64,000 nucleotides of DNA, from the NCBI GenBank assembly GCA_965113315.1, contig OZ220365.1; one strand, given 5' to 3'. Position 1 is the stretch's first letter. Every line of letters starts with the position of its first letter. Shown in pieces: positions 12,534-24,900 of the stretch. The position numbers and the translations under genes are program-made. This stretch comes from Podarcis vaucheri (lineage: Eukaryota). The notes under the pieces were generated by a model. It saw only the letters and a program-made list of their open reading frames with translations, was not told the DNA's origin and made no database searches.

Positions 12534-13141
12534 CCATAATCCTATAATTTGTTACCTGGAAGTAAATCCCACTGAGTTGATCTGAGCTTGCTTTTGAGTA
12601 GTCATGTTGAGGATTACACTGAAAGTCACACTGAATTTAATAGAATTTGCTTCTAAATGCTTTTCTCACCTTCCCACCCCAAACCACTCATGATTTAACA
12701 TTTAAAAGAGTTGGGTCCTGCCGACTATCATGAAAAACAAAAACAAAGTTGTTGAAATCAACAAACATTGAAATAAGAGCCCATAGAAAACTTCGTTCCC
12801 AATTTTAAACGGACGGCAATGTAAATTATGCTGGAATAGTAAACTAGGAAATCCTGGGCAACTTGTGCTAGCATGAGGTTTTGTAATGCACATACACAGA
12901 GACACTGACATTAGAATGTACCAAGATTAGAGCCTAGTTAAGGGCTTGCCCCATTGCAGGGGACACACAACATTCACCCCCCCCAATATTCTTGGAACCT
13001 CTACTTCTAACCTCCATTATTTCCTCTTATAGCAAACTCAGCTGGGAAGCATCATCAGGAGTTCAAGTGCAGTCAGTGAGGGGGAAAAGAGGGAACATCA
13101 GTATGTTTAAGCAACTCCAAGTTTTGCATTAGTGTGCTAAT

Positions 13142-13485
13142 ACGTGGGTGGCACTGTGGGTTAAACCACAGAGCCTAGGACTTGCCGATCAGAAGGTCGG
13201 CGGTTCGAATCCCCACGATGGAGTGAGCTCCCATTGCTCGGTCCCTGCTCCTGCCAACCTAGCAGTTCGAAAGCATGTCAAAGTGCAAGTAGATAAATAG
13301 GTACCGCTCTGGCGGGAAGGTAAACGGCATTTCCGTGTGCTGCTCCGGTTTGCCAGAAGCGGCTTAGTCATGCTGGCCACATGACCTGGAAGCTGTACGC
13401 TGGCTCCCTCGGCCACTAAAGTGAGATGAGCACCGCAACCCCAGAGCCGGTCACGACTGGACCTAATGGTCAGGGGTCTCTTTAC
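13142..13485 (+). mobile_element. Sauria SINE (tRNA-derived)
   Basis: A-box-like GGTGGCACTGTGGG, B-box GGTTCGAATCCC, core GTGCAAGTAGATAAATAGGTACC, CTTTAC tail. Confidence 0.9.
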
Positions 13486-16400
13486 TAATGGATTGGGGTA
13501 TCCTGTAAGAAAGCATTGGCAGGAAAATAGAAGTAGAGCAGTCCACAATGTCAATATTTTGTTGTAGATCCTACTTGTTTCTCTCAGAAGATAATCGGCT
13601 CTAGGGTCAGAGTGGCTCTTGTCAGACATGTGTGCTTTAGCTTCCCTGGTTGCAATCATCAACTCAGATGCCTCAGTAACCTAATTTGGGCACACATATT
13701 TCCTGGCCTTAAAATTCAGCATGTAACAATAAATCCACTTGAAATTAAGTTACATTAGTAATGGCTGTATGTCACAAGATTTTGAATGGCACCTTGCAAG
13801 TACAAATAGGTTGAACGGCTTGAAGCTTTCTATGGGCAGACAGGGAGACTTGCTTGCATGGAAGCAGAGTTTGAAGGTTGCCAGGCACATTTTGCACCTG
13901 GCTATTGACCACTTCTTGGCAACAGATGGCACCTGATGTCTCCACCATCTGGAGGCACATGCCTGGGGATCTTTACACTGGCAACACATCCTGTAGAATT
14001 CTATCCATTATATTTTATCTACAATCAGAATGAATTTCAGGAACCAAAAAATCGATTGAAAAATACTACTTCCGAGCTGTCTGGCCCCAAAATGGAGCAA
14101 GGCATTCCATTTTGGTGACTGTGACCCTGGTTTGAGGAGCCATTTGGTGCCTAGTTTACATATATATGAGTTTCTACCGCTGTGTGGAAGACTGTCTGCT
14201 CATAAAAGGAATGATCAGAATTTACACAGCCACCTTAGTAAAACTTCAGCTTTTTCCATTTTGGCAGTTTCTCCAAGAACGTATGGTTTCAGTACTTCAC
14301 GTGATCGCTGTGTTTGTATCTTGCAATGTTTATATTGTTCTATTATTGGGGTAACCACTTCTGTAGAAAGTGCAGTGCAAAATTGTTTTGGACACACTTC
14401 AAAACATCTAGGGGACTGACCAAAGGAACACACTGGCTCAGCGGGCACCTTGCCAGGTAGGCTGCATTCTCTGCATTGTTATGTTTCGCTCTGCTGACTT
14501 GCACTTCATTAACTTATGAAGCGCAACCAATTACAAGTACATTTCGTGGCACTGATTAGCTGAAAACTGAAAGGTGCCAGACCACAGAAAGATCAGACCA
14601 TTAAGTAACACAAAGCTTTGGAGACCAGAATGTGGTTCTTCACACACTGTGCTTCAGAACTAACTGGACAAGAGACTTAAACTAGCCAATTCTCTCATCC
14701 TGATGTGATGAAAATACAACAGTCACAAAGGAATTCTAACCAGGAAGATATGCCCGTGTATCTCTGGTGCGACATAAGCCACATTCTAACTGCTTCTGGC
14801 CATGTTTTTGCTTTGTTTTTTCCTGCGGTGGGTGGAAGGGAAGCACAAACCTTCACTAGCTTCCCTTCCACTGACTCCTATGTGGTGCATTTCAGTTACA
14901 CCAGTGACTCTGCTGGCATAAGTTATGCTGAATGAAGGCAGTTATAGGATATCTTCATTTTCTCTGTCCCTGTCATGCCTATTCCCACCTCTGATGCTGT
15001 CTGGGAAAGGCTGGGATGTGGAATATCTGAAACTTAGTCCTTTACCATCAGTCTCATTAGTACTGCCAACAGGTTGTCATTTTCTGTTGTTCTATCGAGG
15101 AAAACAATAAACACTATTTAGATTTATTGTTGTAGAACAGCCTTAAGAGAAATAAAAATAAAAGACTACATCAAAAACACCCAATATCTGCAGATAAGTA
15201 CATCAATCTGCAACCTGATCTTGAAAAGATAATTTCAATAGAACTCGATGAAACCCAGCATCTGAAACAAACATTTGCAACAGTTTGGCTGTCAGTTGAG
15301 ACTCATATATATGTTACTGAACACTGGTGTTCTGTTTTTTCAACCATTACACCTGGGGTGGGCAGGCTTGTCAGACGTACTTTTGTTTACTAGGAGAACT
15401 CAAAGACCTACCCATCAGAATCAGATGCAAAGGACATACTGTTAAAATTAATCAACAAGTTCCCTCAGAGCATATTCTGAGTCCAGGAATTCTTTTTCCA
15501 TGCCAAACTGTACCAAGTTCATAGTTCTTTCACACAAAAATCCATTCCTGCTTTGCTTGTTTCATTCAACAGCCTAATTTAGCTGGGAAAGTCATTTTAC
15601 TGCTGCTCTTTAACAACTAGGTGTCAGAAACCTTTGCTGAGCAATAGCTGACTCTGAGATCAATCATCAGACCCACTCCCCCATCCCGCCCCCAAATTAG
15701 GCACTAACAGCAACAAAGAAATTACAGGTGGTGCTTGTTAGCACTGTTAAATTGTACTGGTTGTGTAAATGTAAGTATATGTAACAAGGACCATTTCTAG
15801 GCTACCAGCGGATATGGAAAAATCACACCAATATAAATACTCCCCATATTAGTGGCTGCTTTGGTAACACAATTGTTCAAAAGAGAAGTGACCAGCCTTC
15901 ATTTTTAATCAACTATCAGAATGGAGTTTTTAACAGTATGTTTATATAAAGGCTGCTTTACAGTCCTAGCAACCTTATTAAGTTAGTCATTATGATTCAC
16001 TTTTACAGGCTAGTATTTGAAGGTGAGCAACTTGCCTGATGCCACCCAGGTTAAAGTACACTTACAAAGCTCAAATGCTACTGCATGCAATCTGGCCTAT
16101 CCAAATATGTCATTGCAAATCGGCCTATGCATCATCCCCAATTCAAAGCTGCTCTGCAATCACATCAATTCAACCAACCAAAAGGACAGAAGAGCAAAAG
16201 GTTTGCAGTAATCACATTACTTCTTTAAATTAAGAGGCGGGGGATTGCAGTTATAGTAGCTTTCCCCCTAACTGACCCACTCTATGATAAATAGTTGCTG
16301 GACTCAGTTGTGGAGAGGGAGCGGGTACTAGGAAGAGAATGCTGATCCCATAACTGGAAGGTTGTCAACTTGGCAGATGAAAAAGAAATCCTTCTTGCAT

Positions 16401-17329
16401 TCCACTGCTATATAAAACAGTTTGTAGTCTTAAAAGGTAGAGCAAACTGGGAGCTAGCAAAGGAAAAGAGGAACCGAAGAGACTATTACAACGAATTTTG
16501 CAAAACTGGGAAGACTTCTCTTTCAAGACTACATCCTTGTAGTGAAGCAACTGAAGAAAATGCCACATCAAAAGCTCCCTGCAACTTACAGTTACTAGAA
16601 GTTTGTCTAAAACAAGAAGTAACACCTTTTATTGAACAACACAGCAACTGCCATAAATCATAAAGAATAACACTCATTTCCAAAATCCAGAGTTTTTAAC
16701 ATACTTCACCAGAAGTCTGGAATAATGTAAAAAATATACTTAGAAATATTTTAGTTAAGCTGATACTGATAACTCCTGGAAAATCCAAAATGCAACACAA
16801 GAGTAGAAACATCTTCGAACCCCCACAACCTCTACAGCTGTCACACATGCAGACCTTTAACCTATGCCCATGTTTTAAAAGTTTACACATTAAGGCTTAG
16901 TACCTCTGCTTGCATGTGGATATATACAAGAGACTACAACTTGTGTGCATGGAAAATCATACATGAAAAACTTTATCAAACTATCTCCACATAACACAAA
17001 CATATGCATTTAGAAAATTGACAGGCAGAAAGTGGCTCTTCCCCCTCCCCAACAAGTAAATAATGGCAGACCCATTGGGGTAAACCCCCCCCCCCAAGCA
17101 GCTCTGAGTGGCATATATGAATTCTACTTCCCCTACTGATCATGCCCATCCTATAAGGCGAGTTAAGGCCGAAACAGAAACTGGCTGACCTAGATACACC
17201 CCGTGAGCAGGAATACGAACTTGCATTTTCCCCGGACAAGCCCGGCCCTCTCTCCACTACATCACACTGACTTTCCATCCAAGCAAGCAAAACCAAAAGC
17301 AAGCTTCTACTCAAGACCGCATAAAGCCC

Positions 17330-18380
17330 GCATAACGAGGAATGGCCTCCGAGCACATGCAGAGCGCCTTTTCCATACGAGAGCCGGCATCGCCCGCCTG
17401 TCGCCTCCTCACCTGCGATGTCCCACAGCTGCAGCCTCACCAGGGTCCTGCTATCCCAGTTGAGCACTTTCAGGGCGAAGTCCACGCCGATGGTGGCCCG
17501 GTAGTGCTGCGAGAAGAGCTGGTGCACGTAGCGCTTGATGATGCTCGTCTTGCCCACGCCCAGCTCGCCGATAACCAGCACCTTGAACAGATGCTCCCGG
17601 CTCTCCGGCAGCCCCGCGCCGCCGCCTCTCTCGCCTCCCCCCGCCATTCTCGCGCGCCTCGCCCGCCTGCCTGCCCGCCTTCCCCCGGGAGCTCCGCTCC
17701 CCAGCCGCCAGCGACACTCAGGGGGAGCCGGGCGAGAAGGGGAAGGTTCCTAGAGCTTTGTTGCGACCGCTCGGCAAACTTTCTTTGTTCAACTCCTTCT
17801 TCTCTGGTGGGAAGGCGCGTCCTCCTGCAGGCGGCTCTGGAGAGCGAGGGAACCACCTGACCGGAGTCACAGGACGCGGAAACCCGGCAAGTTATAAAAC
17901 TCCATGGAGGGGCGGAGGCAGCGCGGGCGGAGGAGCACCAACAGCCGCCGCCGCCTCCTCCTCCTCGGCTCCAGCTCCTCCCCGCCTCTCAGCCCGACGC
18001 TGTAAGGCGCAAAGGAGGCTGGCGCTCTCTGGCCCTCACGCTGCTGCCCTGTTTTGGTTAGGCTGGCCTAACGCCCGCAGACATGGGACTAAGCCCCGCC
18101 GAATTCAACAGGGCGTCTTCTTCCACAGAGGGGAGGGTCTCGCTAAAGATAGGGTCTCGGGCTTAGGGTGGCGAAACGAAAAAGAGCCCTTGCGCCTTTA
18201 ATGGCTGCATGGAAAGGGGGAGATTGCCGCGCCGCTTCAGGAGAAGCTGTACCGGATTCCCTCTTCTGCACCACGCAACTCTTAAAGCTGTCTGCCCCCT
18301 GGCCACATTAATGTGTCGCGGCCGCTTGGATGCCACAGGATGGCCACTATCCTGTGGCACTTCCTGCGGAATGAAGTCGG
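17330..18380. promoter_or_regulatory. RAB32: CpG island / RAB32 promoter and 5' UTR
   Basis: Sharp rise in GC and CpG against AT-rich flanks, covering exon 1; GC boxes GGGCGG near 17910 and 17925. Boundaries are approximate. Confidence 0.85.
17413..17647 (-). CDS. RAB32: Ras-related protein Rab-32, coding exon 1 (78 codons + 1 nt)
   Basis: MAGGGERGGGAGLPESREHLFKVLVIGELGVGKTSIIKRYVHQLFSQHYRATIGVDFALKVLNWDSRTLVRLQLWDIA(G). P-loop GELGVGKT, Rab32/38-type WDIAG, canonical GT donor, and GRM1-RAB32 synteny. Confidence 0.97.
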
Positions 18381-18577
18381 CGGGGTGTTCTTTTCAGGAA
18401 GCATGCATATATGCTCAGTCTGCAGGTGTGGTCAGGAATGCGGGCCTTCATCAGACATAGGTCACAATAAGATCTGTCCTGTACAATTGTATAAAATATT
18501 GCATTGACTGAAGTGAGCTGGGAGGTTACTGATTTCAGGGTGACTATAAAATGTGCCAGGGGGAATATGATGCAACT

Positions 18578-18640
18578 ATCTTGTTGAAGATAAGCAGGTC
18601 TGGTCTGGGCAGTGCTTGGATGAAAGACTACCTGAGAAGT
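18578..18640 (+). repeat. Decayed 5S rRNA-derived SINE head fragment
   Basis: GAAGATAAGCAGGTCTGGTCTGGGCAGTGCTTGGATGAAAGACTACCTGAGAA resembles the 5S internal control region with many mismatches. Confidence 0.45.
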
Positions 18641-20870
18641 CTGCCATCTTGAGTTCCACGATGGAAGGAAATGGGAGCATTAATGTACTATGTAAATAAA
18701 TACTAAGGAAACAAAATGTAACCTGACTGATCAGGATGGCAGCATGTCATTAGCAGGTAAGTAAAGGTAAGCACCCTTCCAACATTAAGCATCTAAACTC
18801 GGTCCCACTCCAGCTCATACCTCTTCCTTTTAGTCAAGTATAGAGTTTACTTTGTTGCTCAGCAGAAATGAACCAGATGGAGTGCCCCAACGAGGTCTCT
18901 TCAGTAGCAGAGGTGCTGGAGAATTCAAACGATACATCCCAGCAACCCCTTGGAAGCCACCACCGTTTTGGAATAGTGGAGCGCAGAGTGTTAGGAGATG
19001 GTTCTCAAAAGTACACAGCATGCTTTCATGATCCACCAGGTTTTCGGGGTAGTAGCTGTCAATGGACCTATTGTGAGCAACTGTCACCTTTTAATAATAA
19101 AATGTTCATAACTACTGCTTTAATTAAATCACAGTGTGAATCACATTAAAAGGCATTACACAATGTAAACTAACAAGTAATTTTAAATTTACTTAGGCAA
19201 ATTTATTTAGGCATGGGGAGAGGAGAGGGAGGGGAAGTTCCTTTCCTCAGCCAGAAGTTCTTGCACTAATGGAACTACTGTGGTCAATCACACCCATAGT
19301 TAAGCTATTTTCCAAGTGATGAATTTACTTTCAAATGTTAATTGTGTTGTACCTGCATTTAGACAGCACTTTATTCCATTTTCCGGACGTTTCCTTACCT
19401 GATAATGTTTACATTTTATGTGAGCTTTCACACAATGTAAAAGTCGCTTCTGGAAATCTAGCAGAAATTTGATGCTCCTTTCTGTGTTAATTGCTTGCAG
19501 AAAAAAAAGATTGTTTGCAACCCCATTAACACCCCACCACCACCCCGCTTTAATGGAACATGCCATGTGACAAAATTTGCAGCAGTATTCTAGTGTACAG
19601 CTCTTTCCTGCAAGGGGAAACATGGAGGACCAAAGCATGCATGCACGTTATAGTTATGACATGTATAATGGCACCTGCTGTTGTGTCACACTAAACCCAC
19701 TGGTGTGAATGAAAGTAAGTTTGACATGGCAGTATATCAATCAAAAAGCCACAATTCCATAGTGCAATGGGTCATGCAGTATAAACGAAATGTTAGTCCT
19801 TGCCAGCTGTAGCAACTAGTGTTCAGTGGCATATTGCCTCCAAATCTGGAGGCTTCATATAACCCTAATAAATAATAACTATGTTATTTCCTGGATTCAG
19901 TGCATTGCAGAGTGGAGATCAGTAATTCAGGGCAAGCTGTCTTTCTTATCATTCTTCTCACCGCATAAACCCTTACAATTGTCCATGAAACAAAGTTAAA
20001 AAACTGCTCAGGAACACACACAAATGTTTCATACACCACATAATATGTGAGGACCAGAAATGTCTTTTTGCAAGGTCTGTCATATCTACAAACCACGTCT
20101 CAGCTTGTGCCATCTAACTTTCTCTTGAAACTTTCAGGTTCAGATACATGACACACTTAGGGAAATGTTGCCAGGCAACTATTATAAAGTTAACTGAAAC
20201 TTTACTGTTAGCTTACATAGGAACAGAATGTTTGGTCCAAACTTTCATTTCTCTTCATTATTGTTTGCTGCAGTCCTTTCTAACCGCTAGCAGCAGAGTA
20301 CATGATTCTGTTTTCAAGCAAGAAAATTTGCACTTGTCATATTTAATAAACACATCCTGCTTATTGGAATGATAAACAATGTTGTTCATTTGTCTATGAC
20401 TTCTGTTTTGTGCAAACCTGCCACAAGAAGCAGCATTTGATTTTAACAAGTTCAGGATAATCATAAAACTCAGAATGATAAGAGCTAGTTTTACAGTGGG
20501 AATGAAATATACTTGAGGACAAATTGGAAGAACAAACTTGTCATTCTTAATTAGGGTCACTTGCTTGACAATGGAAGGTGATATGAATTTTAGGATTCTG
20601 AAGATTAGCATGCTGCAGTCCTGATGCCAAAAGCCACTGGTGTTCTATCTTGTGGACCAAAGTCCAGTGACCTTGGAATTCATTCAATCAATCTCACTGG
20701 TTGTCCATTCAGTTTCTTGCCCGGGAGCATTAAAAACATTGCAAAATATGAAAATGGATTTTCTGAGCTGGAATGATATAAATGAGATGAGACACTCTAC
20801 TTGAAATGGGAATCACATAAGATAAGCACTAATCAAATCACCAACTGCACATCTTGTGTGGAATAATGAG

Positions 20871-21415
20871 AACATAAGAGCCCTACTGGATCAGATCAAA
20901 ACCCTATCTAGTTCTGCACCCTGTTATTACAGTGGCAAACCAGATGCCTATGGGAAGTTCACAAGCAGGGCCAGAGTGCAACAGCACTCCCCACTTGTGA
21001 TTCCCAGTACAGTGGTACCTCAGGTTAAGTATTTAATTCATTCCAGAGGTCCGTACTTAACCTGAAACTGTTCTTAACCTGAAGCACCACTTTAGCTAAT
21101 GGGGCCTCCTGCTGCTGCTGCGCCGCCAAAGCACAATTTCTGTTCTCATCCTGAAGCAAAGTTCTTAACCTGAAGCACTATTTCCGGGTTAGCGGAGTCT
21201 GTAACCTGAAGCGTATGTAACCCGAGGCACCACTGTAATTAGTATTCAGAGGCATCCTGCCTCCAACATAGCAACTGAGCCTGGTAGCTACTGATTGCCT
21301 TATCCTCCATGAATTAGTCTAATACTCTTAAAGCCATTCAAGTTGGTGACCACCACTACATTCTGTGCAAGTGAATTGCATAGATTAATGATGCACTGTA
21401 TGAAAAACTACTTGT
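20871..21415 (-). mobile_element. CR1-like LINE 3' end, split by a family A MITE
   Basis: AACATAAGAGCCCTACTGGATCAGA... CR1-type terminus; the sequence continues after 21237. Confidence 0.6.
21010..21235. mobile_element. Family A MITE
   Basis: TA|CAGTGGTACCTCAGGTT ... AACCCGAGGCACCACTG|TA. Confidence 0.88.
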
Positions 21416-21867
21416 CCGTCCTGGTGGTCCCAAGTTCTAGTATGAGACAGCAAGAAAAAACTCCATATGTACTTTTGTATAGTGTTGTGTTAAAATGATA
21501 TAAATGATACAGCTATACACTTGTATCTTGTCTCCCCTGACTTATTTTTCCTCCTGAACTAAACAGCTCATATAGAACCTTTCCTCATACAGTATATAAG
21601 TTGCTCCAGTCCTTTGATAATTTGGTTTGCCTTTTTCTGTGTTTGTGTACTGAGAAATATGCATGGTGAACCGTGAAGTGTTTGGCCACTGTGGGGAACT
21701 GAATGCTTGACTGATCCAGTAGTTCTTATGCTCATATGTAAGGATTTGGTACATACATCTTCCACATAACTCTTACTCTTTTTAGCTTTCCCTTAAAGTT
21801 TATCAGAGGTTTTATCTAAGCAATGAACTTTTACTTCACCTTATATTTCCCATTAGGTGAAATCAGG

Positions 21868-21870
<3 letters not shown>

Positions 21871-21922
<52 letters not shown>
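21871..21922. repeat. Compound (CT)n(CA)n microsatellite
   Basis: Read directly. Confidence 0.95.
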
Positions 21923-21923
<1 letters not shown>

Positions 21924-24900
21924 TACTTTATTGCAAATATTTTCACTTTTCCCAAAAACCCTCAAATGTTTTTGCCCAGGCCGAAGCATCTAAATTCAGC
22001 AACAATGTTGCTGAATTGCATTGTGTTCTGAAAAGTTCTGTCATGAGACAGGGGAAGCTGTTTTAACATTAGGCAATCTTGCTGTCTGGTATATTCCTGA
22101 CCAGCTGAAACTGATTGCAATCATACAGTATCACATGTACTGAAAGCACATCATATTGTGCATTGCTGGGCCTTTGGGCAAGACTTCATTTCCAGAAGCT
22201 TCCTTGATAAATTGCCCTGTCCTATAATCTGCCTAATCGGATTCGTCAAGCTTCAGAAAATCTTAACAGATGCCTCAGAAACTTCTTTTGGGCCACTGAT
22301 CTCATGCAATAAGAAGTAGGAGGGTGGGAAGGTATCATTGAAATCTTTTTTCCTAAGTCGTTATAGACATAAGAAGAATTCATCATGATCTGATGTAACA
22401 TATATTACTGTTTTTACTTTTTGGATGAATTTTTGTTCGTTTTTCTTTCTTTATTTCAATAAAGCATTAAAAAAAAATCTTTCCCCCTAAACAATATAGG
22501 AACTTCTTACACTAACCCATGAAATGGAAAACAGGTACAGGAAAACAGTTGTCAACCTTTTTGTGTGAGTGGGCACATTTGGAACTTTTGGAAAGTGCCA
22601 CAGAGTCCAGTCAAAAAATGGTTGTCATGGGGTATGACATAACTCTAAATGACTGCCATGTCTGAAGGAGCAGAAAGAGAGACAGGATCACAAAATGGTG
22701 CAGACTTCCTTCCCATCAGCCTGCCAGTCAATGGTGGAAAAGGCATCCAAATTGGCCACCAACATGCTCACTCACAGGAAAAAAGCTCTTTGCACATATT
22801 CTCTGCTCACAGTAGAAAGGAGAATGGTTGTCCAGACCAGTCCAGGCATCCAATGAAATTGGGGCATGTTCAAGATATGCGTTCAGTGTAGGAGGGGCTA
22901 AGCTACTGTAAACAGGTAGGAAGACTTAAACAGTCTTTCATGTATTGATGGGATATGTATTGAGATCTTTTGCAGGACACCATGTTGGTGATCTCAATGC
23001 AGTTTCCACTCATCTCAACCCAATAGTGTATGTAAAGCAACAAACAAGGGAGAATATGTCTATGAACTGCTATCAGTCTCATTCCAGATACTGAGGCTGT
23101 GTATGATCCATGGTGGTGCAGTGTGTGCATTGCTCCATTTATATTTGTGATTTCTCCTTTGCTTCTTCAGTCTTCTGAAATTTTCAAAACCCTATCAAAC
23201 TAATGTATCAGATGGAACTTGCAGTGGGTAGACCTCTACTGACTAAATTGCAAAGGACCACCTAAATGGGGAACAGACCTTTTCATGTCTAGCTTGGAAT
23301 CGTGTGTAAGTTTTCCTTAGCGCATATCCAAAGCTGAGTTCTGCTTAAAACAGGGATTCACAGTATCATATTCATCTTGACTGAGTGTTCCCACAAGGTA
23401 CGTTCTGCATGAACAGGTCCTATGCCTGCAACATGCTCTATATATGTATTTAAAATGTGGTATCTCCATTAATCAACAGTGGCATACCATCATCAGCCCC
23501 AGACCCTGAAAATTGTTGCTCTGCTTCATAAACTGGCCATTTTGACAGTGCTGAAGGGTGCAGGGAAGCTTCTAGAGGGGCAAGTAGCATGAATGTTGAA
23601 AAAAGGAAAGACACAGGGGTGGTGGAGCCAGCATTTTTATACTCTGTTCTGTGCTCAGATAACAGCTGTCTCCTTGTGTAACCCACAGGAGGAAGCTGAG
23701 GAGTTGCCAACTTACTTCATCAAGAAAGGGAATGTCTCATACAGCTCAGAGAAGGGAGGGCTGGTGCTCCAAACGTTCCTGAAGGACTCCTGAGAAAGCT
23801 CTACAGAAATCATTGTGACTTGGCAGACAGAGATTGGCTTAAGCCCAAATGAATGTGGAACACAGAAACATAAAATGGAACAATGCAAACAAAGACGGCT
23901 TAACATGTCAACAAAGTCGGGGGTTGGTTGGAGGTTTTGGTGTCTTGTTTGCATCGTGCCATGCTTGCTGTATCTTTTCACTGTATGCTAGGTGCTGCTT
24001 TCTGTGATTTCCAAGTGGATTGAGAGGCATTTCATCTGCTCACCAGTTCTTCTAGCTAATAAGGAATTTTCCAATGCCAAGTAAAATCACCGTGCTGAGA
24101 CATGCCTCTAAAAATTATCTTGGTTCAGAGTCTCTTGTTTTGAAGCTGATTAATTGAATCCACACCCCCATTCCATTAGCACCATTCCATACATCATCTT
24201 TCTGATTACATAAGGGATAGTATAGTATCTGGTCAGATAAGCAAGTATCAGGGAGAGGCACTCGTTCCTGGAACAGGCACACTGGGCCAGGATTTTCCTC
24301 TATTGGCAACAACTGTAGAGAGTGGAGTACTGTGTAGTTCACTCAATTATGCCATAATTTATTATTATTTATGTAATAAATTACTGTGTCATCCTCAGCA
24401 TCAATGGGAAGTTGTAGACTATTGTTAACAGCAACATGATTTCTTCTTAACAACAACAACAACAACAACATTATTATGTACCCTTCACTAACAGGTTTAG
24501 GGTAGGTTACAACAATTTTGAATTCAGAATTAAAAACAGTTAAACCATATTGCATTCACAAGAATAGAGTGGGTCCCGAAACACGTATCTCAGGTGTCAG
24601 TAGTACTTGTATTATTACAATATAGTTAAGGAAAAATTTAGGCTATTACACCTACTTTCATGATTTCTGTTCTATGCAAATATTCCAATGTTATTTAGCA
24701 ACACACCAGGGTTATTCAAAGTGTGCTTTTGTCAATACTACTGACTAAGTAACCTCTGGGGTTTAATGGAACTCATAATAGGAAAGAAGAGGATATTGGA
24801 ATGCCAATCACTGAAGAAATCTCTTTAACGTTAATAGCTTCAGGAGGCAGTCTTTTAATTAACAATACACTTCTCATGAAATTAATAGGCATTACTACCA

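Larger units (their letters stand above)
1..17412 (-). other. RAB32: RAB32 intron 1 (partial, continues beyond the left edge)
   Basis: GT donor (G|GTGAGG) at 17412-17411. The expected exon 2 peptide (QERFGNMTRVYY...) is absent from the ORF track and I did not see it in 1-17412. Confidence 0.8.

Noticed and set aside
13142-13220. tRNA-like A/B boxes here and in the other SINE heads
   Set aside because: SINE promoters, not tRNA genes; no cloverleaf, and each continues into a SINE body.
16976-17412. C-terminal 145 aa of the 223-aa RAB32 ORF
   Set aside because: Read-through past the GT donor into the intron and a decayed SINE; Rab similarity stops at WDIAG.
17203-18507. Many overlapping ORFs around RAB32 exon 1
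   Set aside because: Expected from stop-codon scarcity in a CpG island; no recognisable domains.
18578-18640. Possible 5S rRNA gene
   Set aside because: Partial and heavily diverged; at most a SINE-derived relic.
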